A stretch of 64,000 bases of DNA from Basidiobolus meristosporus CBS 931.73 (Eukaryota > Fungi > Basidiobolomycota). Made by a program: the position numbers and the translations under genes. Each line of letters starts with the position of its first letter. Position 1 is the first letter of the stretch. The notes beneath the pieces are model-generated. The model worked only from the letters and a program-made list of their open reading frames with translations. It made no database searches and was not told the origin of the DNA. The stretch lies in assembly GCA_002104905.1 (NCBI GenBank), contig MCFE01000118.1:98658-162657 (forward strand), given 5' to 3'. Positions 25,201 through 37,310 of the stretch are shown here, one piece after another.

Positions 25201-26120
25201 AAGTACCAAATGGAAGACTGTAAACCGGCAGCTACCCCAATGGAAACAAACCTTAACTTGGTCAAAACTCAACCAAATCAAGAGAGCTTGGTGCCATCTG
25301 CAAGCCCTGACTTTCCTTATTAGTTTATGGTTGGCAGTCTGATGTATATTATGCTTGGAACACTTCCAGATATCTCATGTTCAGTGGGAGTTGTCAGCCA
25401 GCAAAATCAGAATTATGGATCTGATCATATTGCAGTAGTTTAGTGGATTTTTAGATACCTAAAAGGAACTGCTGCTATCAGCTTAAGATACACTTATAAG
25501 GATTCAGAACAGGATCTTGTGGGATACTCTAATGCAGGTTGGGGACAAAATTTGGAAGACAGAAGATCCACCACAGGATGCACCTTTCTTTACTGTCAAG
25601 GAGCGATTTCATGGAATTCAAAAAAGCAACCAACTGTGACACTTACTACCACAGAGGCAGAGTACATGGCAGCCTGTGAAGCTACAAAAGAGGTAATGTG
25701 GCTAAGAACGCTTTTTACAGATTTAGGCCTATGTAAAAAAACGCCTATTATTATATTTCAAGATACTCAAGGATTTATACAATTAGGTAGAAATCAAACT
25801 TTTCATGCTAGAGCCAAGCACATGGATATTAGATATCATTTCATACATGAAGCTATAGAGAATAACTTAGTTAGCTTAGTTTACTGTCATACAGATGAAA
25901 TGATTGCAGACATATTTACCAAACCATTAGTTAGAGACAAGCTTGAATATCTTAGGTCAAAATTAGGACTAGCCAGTATGAACATTTGGCTGAGTGGGGG
26001 TGTTGTAAAACTTTGTAATTCTCCCTAAACACTCACCTAACTTAGTCACTTAGATCATTACCCTCAAATCCTAGAGAATACTGACCAAATCCTTGTTGGG
26101 ATTTACTTAAAATATTTTTA
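22213..26120 (+). mobile_element. Main copia family copy A (starts mid-gag; 3' LTR truncated, 26001-26120)
   Basis: Gag-CCHC-PR (WYIDSG), IN (WHRRFGH, HSDLCGP), RT (ARLV-like, [10 protein letters not shown]), RNase H (ISWNSKKQ, KHMDIRYHF), then PPT and LTR start. Multiple stops and frameshifts. Confidence 0.95.
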
Positions 26121-26164
26121 ATCTGTAATACATATATAAAGCTAGCTATATTGAATACTGTGCT

Positions 26165-26514
26165 TGTTGTAAGAGTCTTGGAGATATTGGAAGTGACTGG
26201 GAGAACAAGTAGATTATGTGGTTTTCACTTAATGATTTATTGAATGTAAAAGTTGTATTTATACTTTTACCTAGTCTTGGCATTACAAACACGTAGAATA
26301 GGTTAAGGAAGGTCCCAAGAGCATTTGTGCAAAGTTTGGGGCTGATTGGACAACTTTGAGAATTTTCATGTTCTGGGTACCAGGTATTTTGATAAAAAAT
26401 ATTTTAAGTAAATCCCAACAAGGAATTTGGTCAGTATTCCCTAGGATTTGAGGGTAATGATCTAAGTGACTAAGTTAGGTGAGTATTTAGGTGGAATTAC
26501 AAACTTTTACAACA
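26165..26514 (-). repeat. Complete main-family copia LTR in reverse orientation
   Basis: Reverse complement of 28631-28979, with TGTTGTAA...TTACAACA termini. Confidence 0.95.
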
Positions 26515-28979
26515 CAAAATAGGAGTTATAACAGAATACTTTGTGATTCTACTCCATTTGAAGCATGGTATGGACAAAGACCAAGTGCAGAACATCTAAG
26601 AATATTTGGGTGTACAGCATATGCCAAAAAACTGGCCGGAAATCAGTCAAAATTTGAGCCAAAAAGTGCAAAATGCATATTTTTGGGCTACTGCAATGAG
26701 AGTAAGGCATACAGACTCTACAATACCAAAGCAAAGAAGCTGATCAAGTCCAGGGATGTGTTGTTTGATGAAAATTCAAAATTTTTACAAAAAATGACAT
26801 CAGATGATGACAAAAATTTGATCTCAAGTCCACCAATTGTCAGGATTAAATCAGAGCAAAACAGTGAAATTTTTTCACTCCAGAGGACTCTGCAACCATG
26901 GTTCAGCCAGAATCAGTGCCCAGGAATATCCCAGAAGTGATCATTCCAGTATCAAATGCCTGGAGATCCAATTGGACAAGAAATAGCCCAAATTACTATA
27001 TCAATGAGGGTACAAACTTAGCCTATGCCTATTCAGTCCATATTGATGAACCCCAGACTGTAAAAGAGGCCCTAAATAGCCCTCAGACAAAGTTTTGGAG
27101 ATCTGCAATGACAGAGGAATATCAGGCCCTGATGGAAAATCAAACTTGGAACTTAGTTAAATTACCAATTAACCAAAAATCAATTGGATGCAGATGGGTC
27201 TTCAAGACAAAATACAAGGCTGATGGTACAATTGAAAGATGCAAAGCAAGACTTGTAGCCAAAGGAAACTCTCACACAAAAGGACTTGACTATACTGAGA
27301 CCTTTGCACTGGTAGCCAAGTTTAATTCCATCAGATTAATATTGGCTATTGCAGCCAAATATAAGTTTTTTATTCATCAAATGGATGTAAAAACTGCATT
27401 TTTGAATGGGGAACTTGATGAGGACTTGTATATGGACCAGCCTGATGAGTTTGTTGACCAAGATAACCCCCATTTAGTCTGCAAGCTTAAAAAGTCACTA
27501 TATGGTCTCATACAATCATCAAGAGCCTGGAATTGCCAGATAGATTCTTATTTGGAATCTTTGAGTTTCAAAAGGAGTAATGCTGACTATAGTATATACT
27601 ATAAGCCAGATAGAGCTAATCCAGCTCTATTAGCTCAATATGTGGATGATCTTATTATAGCCACCAATAACCTAGCAACATTGGAAGAGACTAAATCCTG
27701 CCTATCTGAAGAGTTCAAGATGTCTGATCTAGGAGAACTCAGTTACTACTTAGGGATTAAGTTCTCCATAGACAGAAGTACCCAGACTATCACCCTAAGC
27801 CAATCCAAGTATATTCAAGATATACTAAAGAAGTACCAAATTGAAGACTGTAAACTGGCAGCTACCCCAATGGAGACAAACCTTAACTTGGTCAAAACTC
27901 AACCAAATCAAGAGAGCTTGGTGCCATCTGAAAGCCCTGACTTTCCTTATCAATCTATAATCAGCAGTCTGATGTATATCATGCTTGGAACATGTCCAGA
28001 TATCTCATATTCAGTGGGAGTTGTCAGCCAACATAATCAGAACTATGGATCTGATTGTATTGCAGCAGTTAAGCAGATTTTTAGATACCTAAAAGGAACT
28101 GCTGATCTCTGCTTAAGATACACTTATAAGGATTCAGAACAGGATCTTGTGGGATACTCTGATGCTAATTGGGGACAAAATTTAGAAGACAGAAGATCCA
28201 CCACAGGATACACCTTTCTTTACTGTAAAGGAGCAATTTCATGGAATTCAAGAAAGCAACCAACCATAGCACTTTCCACCACAGAGGCAGAGTATATGGC
28301 AGCCTGTGAAGCTACAAAAGAAGCAAGGTTGTTAAGAAAACTTTTTACAGATTTAGGCCTATGTCAAAAAATGCCTATTACTTTATTTCAAGATAATCAA
28401 GGATGTATACAATTAGGTAGAAATCCAACTTTTCATGCTAGAACCAAGCACATAGATATTAGACATCATTTCATACGTGAAGCTATAGAGAATAACTTAG
28501 TTAGCTTAGTTAACTGTCCTACAGATGAAATGATTGCAGACATATTTACCAAACCATTAGCTAGAGACAAGTTTGAATATCTTAGGTCAAAATTAGGACT
28601 AGTCAGTATGAAAATTTAGCTGAGTGGGAGTGTTGTAAAAGTTTGTAATTCCACCTAAATATTCACCTAACTTAGTCACTTAGGTCATTACCCTCAAATC
28701 CTAGAGAATACTGACCAAATTCCTTGTTGGGATTTACTTAAAATATTTTTTATCAAAATACCAGGCACCCAGAACATGAAATTCTCAAAGTTGTCCAAAC
28801 AGCCCCAAACTTTGCACACATGTTCTTGGGACCTTTCTTAACCTATCCTATGTGTTTGTAATGCCAAGACTAGGTAAAAGTATAAATACTACTTTTACAT
28901 TCAATAAATCATTAAGTGAAAACCACATAATCTACTTGTTCTCCCAGTCACTTCCAATATCTCCAAGACTCTTACAACA
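26515..28979 (+). mobile_element. Main copia family copy B, 3' half (IN C-terminus, 573-aa RT/RNase H ORF 26898-28619, PPT, 3' LTR 28631-28979)
   Basis: [47 protein letters not shown]. The 349-bp LTR has perfect 8-bp inverted termini. Confidence 0.97.
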
Positions 28980-29171
28980 AGCACAGTATTCAATATAGCT
29001 AGCTTTATATATGTATTACAGATTACAAACTCTCAATATGTGTTTATTACTTATGAGTAGTTTGTTGAGTTGGAGTGTAGTAATCATTAAGTAGTCACTT
29101 AAATATGCATGCTGACTTAGCTGCATATATCTTATTCTGTGAATAGCATTCTGTCCTGACTAAGTTTCTTG

Positions 29172-29415
29172 TGTTGTAAGAGTCTTGGAGATATTGGAAG
29201 CGACTGGGAGAACAAGTAGATTATGTGGTTTTCACTTAATGATTTATTGAATGTAAAAGTAGTATTTATACTTTTACCTAGTCTTGGCATTACAAACATG
29301 TAGAATAGGTTAAGGAAGGTCCCAAGAACATGTGTGCAAAGTTTGGGGCTGTTTGGACAACTTTGAGAATTTTCATGTTCTGGGTGCCTGGTATTTTGGT
29401 AAAAAATATTTTAAG
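29172..29415 (-). repeat. Partial main-family copia LTR (U5-side two-thirds) in reverse orientation
   Basis: Reverse complement of LTR positions ~107-349. Confidence 0.93.
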
Positions 29416-29894
29416 CCATGTGAATTATTGAGGTGATGAATTGGCAAACTGAACTCCAACCAAAACCCTCATAACTCCAGTGAGGTGTAGGTGTAGGCGT
29501 AGGTGTAATATGTGGAATTTGCAACCAGTACAAAAGCAAAGCCATCGTGAACAACCCATACAATTCAGCTCATTTGATAGGATTCATCATAATCACGCAA
29601 TTCCACAACCAATACCCGCCCACAAGACTTGGTTAAAGTGGCATATCTCGATAGGTGGTTGTTTGCACCACCGGCACGTAACAGAGGAGGTTGAAGAAAG
29701 GCAAGTCTGCACTGGAACCCCCGGTTAGAGTGCTCACCCCTCGTTCGGAACAAACAGAAGCACAGCAACGTCCATCGTCGGATATGTGTTTATTTAGCAT
29801 GATTTACCAAGTGAACCATTTATGAATGCAGTGTTGCTCGGGATACAAAGCGCCGTGAGAGGAGGAGGGTACAGAGCTTGGTGAATGCGAGGGT

Positions 29895-30149
29895 TTATTT
29901 TTCAACCACCAGCTTCTCGGTTTGGAATTGGGAGTTGATGAATCCCTGTCTTTTGACCACCTCCAGGTCTTTCTTGCCACGCTGGATCAAGCTCTGCACT
30001 TGATTAGCGTCAGTCACCGATGCGTTGGCACGGAAGGCGTCACGGGTACGACGAATGGCGTACTCACGGAAGTTGTAGGAGGAGAAGGTGTTTCCAGCCT
30101 TCAGGAGGTCTCTGTAGAGACGAAGGACTTGGTTGCGTGTGTCGGCCAT
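29895..30149 (-). CDS. ISD11: LYR-motif protein 4 / Isd11, cofactor of mitochondrial cysteine desulfurase (84 aa, single exon)
   Basis: VLRLYRDLLKAGNTFSSYNFREYAIRRTRDAFRAN...LEVVKRQGFINSQF is the LYRM4/Isd11 signature. ATG taken at 30149. Confidence 0.95.
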   Translation of the reverse strand: MADTRNQVLRLYRDLLKAGNTFSSYNFREYAIRRTRDAFRANASVTDANQVQSLIQRGKKDLEVVKRQGFINSQFQTEKLVVEK

Positions 30150-31376
30150 AGTGGTGGAATACGCTGGTTTGAAATCGGATAGAGAGACGCTCCTCCTCAA
30201 AAACGAAAATTCCTCTTAACCCACCGGTTACTGCGGCGATCACGATCTCATCATCGATGATGTGAAATCAAATATGATCCTGATTAGTAAACGCCGGTGC
30301 AGTTCATGGCCAGAAAAGATTGATTACACACCAGCAATGGCCAATATGTAGACCCCGTTTCCACACTGGTGTACGGATTCCAATTCGATTCATATTTAGA
30401 TTGATAAAATCTGACGGATGCACCAATGGGCCCACTGGCTGCCCTGTGGTGAGAGGGGTGGCCAGCTTGGCTGATCTGAAAGACACCACTCCGCCTCTCT
30501 CGCAAAGCCCTGCTTTGCCCCAGCCTGGCCCTCATTCAGAGCGCTGCCCATCCATGCACACCACCCGCAGTGGATCAAAGCTGCCTCGATGATGCTTCTG
30601 CGTATAGCGCACGCACAGTAACCCGGACCGACGGCGCCTGGCCGCTAGATATTACATCAGCTCCTGGAAGGCCACTCTTCGTGGCTACTGGCTGCGGGCC
30701 ATGTCCAGGAGACCAACCAGCGCCAGCAATCTACGGTAGGCTGGTCCATTGAAGAGGTGTCCACACAGACTCAGCACTCGCTTGGTGCAATTAGCTTCGC
30801 CCGTCACGACAAGTGCAACTGGCATAGGTATTGAGGGCCTCCGGTTACCCACCCGCCGTTTCTTACCAATCACCAGGCATTCACTACCGCATGCTGCAAA
30901 TACCGAAGCCTGCTGGGGATTGGCTAGAGATTTAATATAGCAATTATTTACCAAATCTCCAGGGCCAACGAGATGCCGCCATTCGCAACATGTAAAGTGA
31001 GGCCAGATGTCATTTTTCGAAGCACCCCTTTTCCAGTCCATGTTGGTACCCTCATTTCTCAATGGCACCGCAGCGTGATCTGTCCTTTCATACACCGTTT
31101 GGAACCAAAACGCTTTAAAAACCAGTGGTGGGTTTGCGCCGTTTCTGTTGACTGCCCATCGTTTACTTTCAAAGCCATCACAGCCGTAACCAGCTTGAAT
31201 ACTACCCGGCTATACTTCGATCCCCCGCAAGCGCCATTCTTCTTTCCACGCTGTTGAGTTCAGTGAAAGCTTCACCGACACGGAACTGTTTTTGACCTTG
31301 ATACCATTGCACTAGTTTACCCATTGTTTTGGTTGCGCCACCCTCAGTAGTTATTACTGTCAGTAACATCCCCTAG

Positions 31377-32405
31377 ATGGTCTTAATATATGTATTGACA
31401 AAGGCTGTGTGGTAACGGGACATCGCTGTCAACCTCTTTGTTTGTATGCGCTGAAGCTCACATATTCGTCCATTCCAGCACTGTTGGGGGCCTTCTTTAT
31501 CCAGCCTATGCTTCATTCAAAGCGCTTGAGGAACGACGCTCCGAGGAGCTTCTTACCTGGCTGATGTTTTGGATAGTTATGGGAGTATTTACTGCGGTGG
31601 AATTTGTAGCGGATATAGTTGTATTCTGGTAAGTGCAGAAACCCCGTCGTTTGCCAGCCGCCACGGCATCATGCAAAAGACTAACCGATGGCCGGACCTC
31701 ATGAAGGTTTCCTTTCTATTATCAACTCAAGATGCTCTTTATACTATGGCTCATCCTACCGCAGACTCAAGTACCGCCACCCGCATTTCTCATATTGTCG
31801 GTTGCCACCGAACTCACCGACTGACTTTCTTGTAGGGCTCCACCTACCTGTACAACACCTTTATCCACCCTACCCTGGTTCGCCACGAGACGGAGATTGA
31901 CGGAATGATAGAGAAAGTGCAAACAGAGGTGAAGAACACTTCGGTGGAGCTAGGCAAACGTGGGGTGGAAGTATTACAAAAGGCCGCCATTGAGTCCATA
32001 GCCAAGGTACAGCTAACTTGCAGATAAGCTTTAGTCCAGACACCCGTTCTTACCGTTTGGTTAACCGATCTCGGGGTCATTGCTTAGGGCCAATATTTCC
32101 TAATGGACCACTTAGCACAACAGGCCGAGGCGGGGCCTTCATCCACCGTACGCTTAGAAGAGATTCAGGACGAAGAGGAATCTAAGACCGACAGTAGCAC
32201 AACAAGCAAGGTACAAAGCGACAAGAAAGACGCCAGTGAGATGCGGACACGCTCTAGGACCAAGGCCCGTACCCAGAGGCCCGGCAAAAACGATATTGTG
32301 GTCATCGACGAGAACCTGTCATTCTCGGACCGAGACGTAGACGATCTGGTGGGCTTCGATTCCGATTCTGACACTCCGCTGATCTTGCGCTCGAGAAGAA
32401 CCTGA
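31377..32405 (+). CDS. REEP/DP1/Yop1 (TB2/DP1/HVA22) ER-shaping protein, 5 exons
   Basis: Spliced reading MVLIYVLTKAVC|TVGGLLYPAYASFKALE...WLMFWIVMGVFTAVEFVADIVVFW|FPFYYQLKMLFILWLILPQTQ|GSTYLYNTFIHPTL... using GT-AG introns, with an acidic C-terminal tail. Confidence 0.9.
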
Positions 32406-33046
32406 ACTAGTCGCCACAACGGCATCCACCACTGCGGAACTGTGGTGGATGCATGGCTAGTCTGATGTCGTGTTGCGATTGTAATGTTATATGTTCACTT
32501 GGATCCGCCACCCGGTAGTCGCAGCAGCTCTTGCCAAAAACGGAACCTCGACGCTTGTCTTTTCCTTCCACCGAATGCTTCACTTGCACGAGGATTGTGT
32601 ATTGCGGATATGGAAAGTTCAAAATAAACTCGCTTCTTGCATTACTGGTATGGTTGGGTTGTGGGATGAAGGATTGCCTCCTCCATGGTATCGGTGTGGA
32701 CTGATGGTACCCAGCGGTGGGAAATACCGGTAAATTACCGAGCGGGTAAGATTCCTTGATACTCTAGAATAGGAATACGTAGGGATGGGTAAGTCATGAC
32801 TTCAATTTCAGATTTCATCGAATGAAATTCTTGCAGCGTCTGGTTTAAGAACTCTGCCTCATTACATTGACATCATTTCAGACTGTAGTTTATTGTTCAA
32901 CGTAATATTGGCTACCTTACCAGCTATAGAAGCATACACCACCTACTCTCCAGTCTCGCCCCAACCCTTGACAGTGCTGCCAGGTCACCGACTTACCCGA
33001 TCAAAGAACCTTTCGAATTGTTTGCACGCGAAGAGCCTACTTGCAA

Positions 33047-34443
33047 ATGTCCACTGGCCAGATCTCCGTTGATCCAGCAGATAGGGTACGGGTTGTTGTG
33101 ATAGGAGATAATGGAGTGGTAAGCACGGTCCCCTTCTATTTACGGGCTGCATGGCCCTTCCGAAAGACATCCTTACGGCACTAACTCTTTGCGCTTGTTT
33201 CTTGTCGGTAGGGAAAAACCAGCTTGGTGCACGTACTCTGCCACGATGAACCGTTAAAGCATTTCGCTCGTTCAGGCGGTTTCTCTGTGGATGTCAAGGT
33301 AAGTTCTGCTTTGGGAAGGGTCGATTCCGGACACTTTTGCTGAGACCTTGTTTGGCTGTGTGCAGCTCCACGAGTACAAAGGAAACCATAAGAATTACTG
33401 GGTGGAGTTCGTAGACGTTTTCGGAACCGCCAAGCACTCCAAATCAAGGAATATCTTCTATTCCAACGTCAACGGGATCATTCTGGTGCACGACTTAAGC
33501 AACCGTAAGTCCTACTACAATCTCTGGCGGTGGATGGAAGAGGTCTTGGATTCGGAGGCTTTTAAAGATGGTGAACGGGTTGGTCCCACCAACTTCCCCT
33601 CAACTCCCATTCAAAGTGGCCACTATAAAAGAAGGAACAACGGTAACTCCAGGAATTGTCGCCCGCCCCGCACAGGCTGTTTTACTCACACCCCTCACCT
33701 GTAGAGTACGATTTCGAACTAACCATAGGTGAAAGTCGAACCTCCATTCCAGTATTGATCGTTGGGAACAAGGAGGACTTGACCTCCGAAGCGAGTCGCC
33801 CGCGTCGATACAGCATTGCTGATGAATTTGGCGGTGAATGTGTTAACACGGTAAGCCCATCGTACCAGGATGATTCCTGCGACTTCTCCAGCCAAATACG
33901 CTTATTGACCTTTACAAAACCACCATGTAGTGCGCGATAACCACCCTATCCGGAAGTACATCCGAAAGGATTGGCGCATTTTTCGACAAAGTCATCGAGC
34001 GGAAGTTTGGTGACAGCTTGTATCGGAACAACTACGCGAGCACACCCTCACGCTCCGCAAGCACCGGCACCAACACATCCTTTAGCCCGCCAGGCTCCCC
34101 CAAACCGTACACAAAAGAGCTCCCCGGAGACCATAGACGGCGACTTCCCCCATCCACCGGGAGTCTCTACGGAGCCGCTAGCCCCGGAAGTTTAAAGGGC
34201 CGTACTCGAACCCCGAGTATGGGCCGTCCGGGAAGTCCGATGCGTGATCCTAGGTATTCACCACTTGGTGTCACTATTCTAGAGCCCACACTTAGATATT
34301 TGTGTAGGAGTAATCCGTTCTTTGCTCAAGACTCGCCCACGCCCAGCCATCACGGGCCAGGAGTTGGCGGAAACGGCCACATACCACGGCCTGGCTCCCC
34401 GGGGAGAATCTTCAGTAACCCAAGCAAGTTCCATTACAAATGA
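33047..34443 (+). CDS. RABL3: Rab-like 3 small GTPase with a Ser/Pro-rich C-terminal extension, multi-exon
   Basis: Spliced RVVVIGDNGV|GKTSLVHVLC...FSVDVK|LHEY...WVEFVDV...RNIFYSNVNGIILVHDLSNRKSYYNLWRW...PVLIVGNKED matches the RABL3 pattern. Confidence 0.85.
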
Positions 34444-35356
34444 ATCTCCACCAGCTCATTGTAGATGTTTGCCGACTCCATGCAGCCGATGTATCTAATC
34501 TAATCTAAGAAAATAATAAACGAACCCCTCATGCGCTCTGCTCAACCACCGGCCTCTCCCTACGGAGAATTCGATCCCATCCACGCCCAGTATTAGATGT
34601 GCCCCCTTGGATGGATGGAGCCTGTTCATCAACTGGGCCACGCCGCGCCTGCATCTTGCTGCCCTTGGCTCGCGGACCGACCCAATGGCCGGGATAGGCG
34701 CAGTGTAACATCAGTTGAACCCACCTCCCCGCAAACCCGCTTGCCTGAGTTGATCGGCTTTCTTGGGTCTACGCACCTGCAGCTTAACCGCTGAAATAGC
34801 ACCAATCTCTGGAAACAGGATAAGGGTGTGGCTGCGGGTGTCCAGGCTGGAGATGTCGTACCAGGCACTTCATCCACCACTGTGTACAGTCATCGTGGGT
34901 TATCCAGAAAAAGGCATGGCACCTTCGAATTCCCCAACTCGCGTGATGCTTGGTCATACAGCCCACCGGATGGGCCAATCATTGGATCGCCCCAAGGAAT
35001 CTTCCCATGAAATCCAACGCTGGCCATCTCCCAATGACGCACCTGAGTCAAGCCGTATACTAGTATTGTGGAATGTCGGAAGCCACCAACATCGACGGAC
35101 CGATTCTGGAATCGGCCAAGCAGGTTGCTGAGGCTCGCTGGAGCCGATCAGTTACGCAACGGAGCATGTGCGCTTGTGCGCTACTTCCAATGCAAAATCC
35201 ATCCAAGGATTCAACGCTTCCACCTCCATCACGATCCCACCAATTGCCGCCAACCGCCGAGAATAGGATGATCTGGTTTATTGGTTGTTACATATTGCAC
35301 ATATATATAGCGTGCCAACTTCTAATTAACACATGCGTGAGAACGGTTTGTCCAGC

Positions 35357-36436
35357 CTAACGGCGCATGTTTGACAACTCGTTCTCCAGGCTCTCCATAA
35401 GCTTCCCTCTATCTTCGACCGGGTTCAGGCCGGCCAGAATATCTTTGATGATGGTTTTACCGTTTTCTCGGATCTCCCGCCAGAGCTCCTTCTCGTCGGG
35501 ACGAGCCGTCGATGGGACCGGGAAGATACCCTCGCCGGCTGCCTCGATAATCCCCACCCCCTCAGTCTTGATCTTCAACCAAGACTCTGGTGTCCGGTGG
35601 TCGGGGTGACGAAGGAATATGACAAGGTGGTGCTTCTTTAGACTGTCCTGCCACAGAACGAAATTCACTGTAGCCTTGCCAGGGTCGGTGGATTTCCAGT
35701 ACTTGATGATTGTGTAGCCTACTTCGATTAGTGCCTCCTTACTGTCGGAATTCAATCGGATCGAAGTCAACGGATACTTCAGGATGCCTCCGGTCACTCC
35801 TTGGGGAAGGTTGTCGAACGTGAATTGATACGAACACTCCATCACTGGCAACGAAAGCCCCTTGAATATCTGGAAATGAAGATGTTCCAGAATGGAGGCC
35901 CCGGCCCATTCAACATCGGAATTGGAGCAAACGGTGTAGTTGGGCGCCTTGGCAAGAAAAGCGAAGCCCTCTTCCAGTGAAAGTCGGCTGATACACATAG
36001 GCGAGTGCTGCTTCAGAACAAGTACAAAGTGGCATGGGTATAAAGGGAAGGGTGTGGGTTGGAGGAAATATGGGCGCCCGTTCAGCTGGAATTCGTAGAT
36101 TCTCATCGTCTCTTTCCCTGGTCGGCCAACATTCTCGATGCAGATATTACATTTGACTGGAGGCAGGTTTGAGTCGGTCTGAACTGGTTTGGGGCTGTAG
36201 CCGGATCTTGCTCTGTTCACCTGAACCCGGTAATATATCTCGTCTTGGCAGTCGAAGAATGAGAGTCGATCGTTGACTTCTAGAAGCTCTGGTTTGAGGT
36301 AGCCAGTACCGAAGGACAGGTGATAAACGGTGTCCAATACCTTTTCCAGTCCCTGGGCCTCGTGTACTCGCTCAAGCTCAATCTGCAAGTCTTTCTGAGA
36401 GAGACTGGGCTCGATTAGCTGAGGTTTCGGGGTCAT
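35357..36436 (-). CDS. Intronless 359-aa HIT-superfamily nucleotidyltransferase resembling bacterial class II galactose-1-phosphate uridylyltransferase / DUF4922
   Basis: RVQVNRAR, CNICIEN, QHSPMCI, PNYTVCSNSD..WAGASILEHLHFQ (HxHxQ), GILKYPLTSIRL and KIKTEGVGIIEAAGEGIFP parallel the Firmicutes-type GalT motifs as I recall them (SNADLPIVGGSILSHDHFQ; GIVKWPMSVIR; IKKENIGLIEVMGLAVLP). Confidence 0.8.
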   Translation of the reverse strand: MTPKPQLIEPSLSQKDLQIELERVHEAQGLEKVLDTVYHLSFGTGYLKPELLEVNDRLSFFDCQDEIYYRVQVNRARSGYSPKPVQTDSNLPPVKCNICIENVGRPGKETMRIYEFQLNGRPYFLQPTPFPLYPCHFVLVLKQHSPMCISRLSLEEGFAFLAKAPNYTVCSNSDVEWAGASILEHLHFQIFKGLSLPVMECSYQFTFDNLPQGVTGGILKYPLTSIRLNSDSKEALIEVGYTIIKYWKSTDPGKATVNFVLWQDSLKKHHLVIFLRHPDHRTPESWLKIKTEGVGIIEAAGEGIFPVPSTARPDEKELWREIRENGKTIIKDILAGLNPVEDRGKLMESLENELSNMRR

Positions 36437-37310
36437 TGCTTTGAGAAAAAGCGAAGAAATTCAGATATGGCTTGATGGTATAATGCTTGTTTGTCGGAAG
36501 ATTGCTGAGAGGGGATATTTATGAAGAGAAATGTTCGCCGAGTAACGTGATACCTGAAGTGTTGTCTAACGGTTTGCTTTTGGTAGTCTTATAGCCATTC
36601 TTGGAAAGTGGCTCACGGTGGATTCGGGCTGGAATATTCTATTCAAGAGTAGATACTTCTCCTCTAACTCCTGGAACCGACTATTTTCGAACCCATTCAC
36701 GGATAACCTCTTATGTCGTGATGAATAAGCCGCTGATATAGCGCTCGGCAAATGTCAAACTACCTCAGTGGGACGTGGATCTTTTTCAGGCACCATTCAG
36801 CGAAAGGGGTCGTGAAAATCAATTATTGCCCCGAATTGGTAGATATAATCGGAACTTTGGTCAAACTAAAATGGGCGAGCATGGCTTATCCGTGCCCGTG
36901 CCAATGAACTTGCAAGCTCTGGGTGCTGAAAGAAGAGTCGGAGTTCAATGGCGCAAGAAACAAACACTTTAACCTTTCAAGAAAGATCCCCCACCCTGTG
37001 CACTGCGGTGTATTCTCAAACATGGGGTGCACTTGTGCAATGGCCCACTCTGGAAGTTGCCTTTTTGCTGATCATCCAGAGATGTTTGCCGATCCTCGAT
37101 TAACTGGATCATCATCCACTAATTGCGATTGATCGACCATCTGTATGATGAGCCGAATCTTGATCGCGAATGTTGCCCGCTATTAAAGTGTGTTGGTATG
37201 GAACATGATTTTTCTTTATTCCATACCTCACAAACTAGACCACGACACAAACCTACATAGAGCAAACCGGCAAATCAAGATACAAGATGCACAACGTTTG
37301 GGATTTCGCC

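Noticed and set aside
30284-31257. Several 60-136-aa ORFs between ISD11 and the REEP gene
   Set aside because: They overlap on both strands and have no recognisable motifs, as expected by chance in GC-balanced intergenic DNA.
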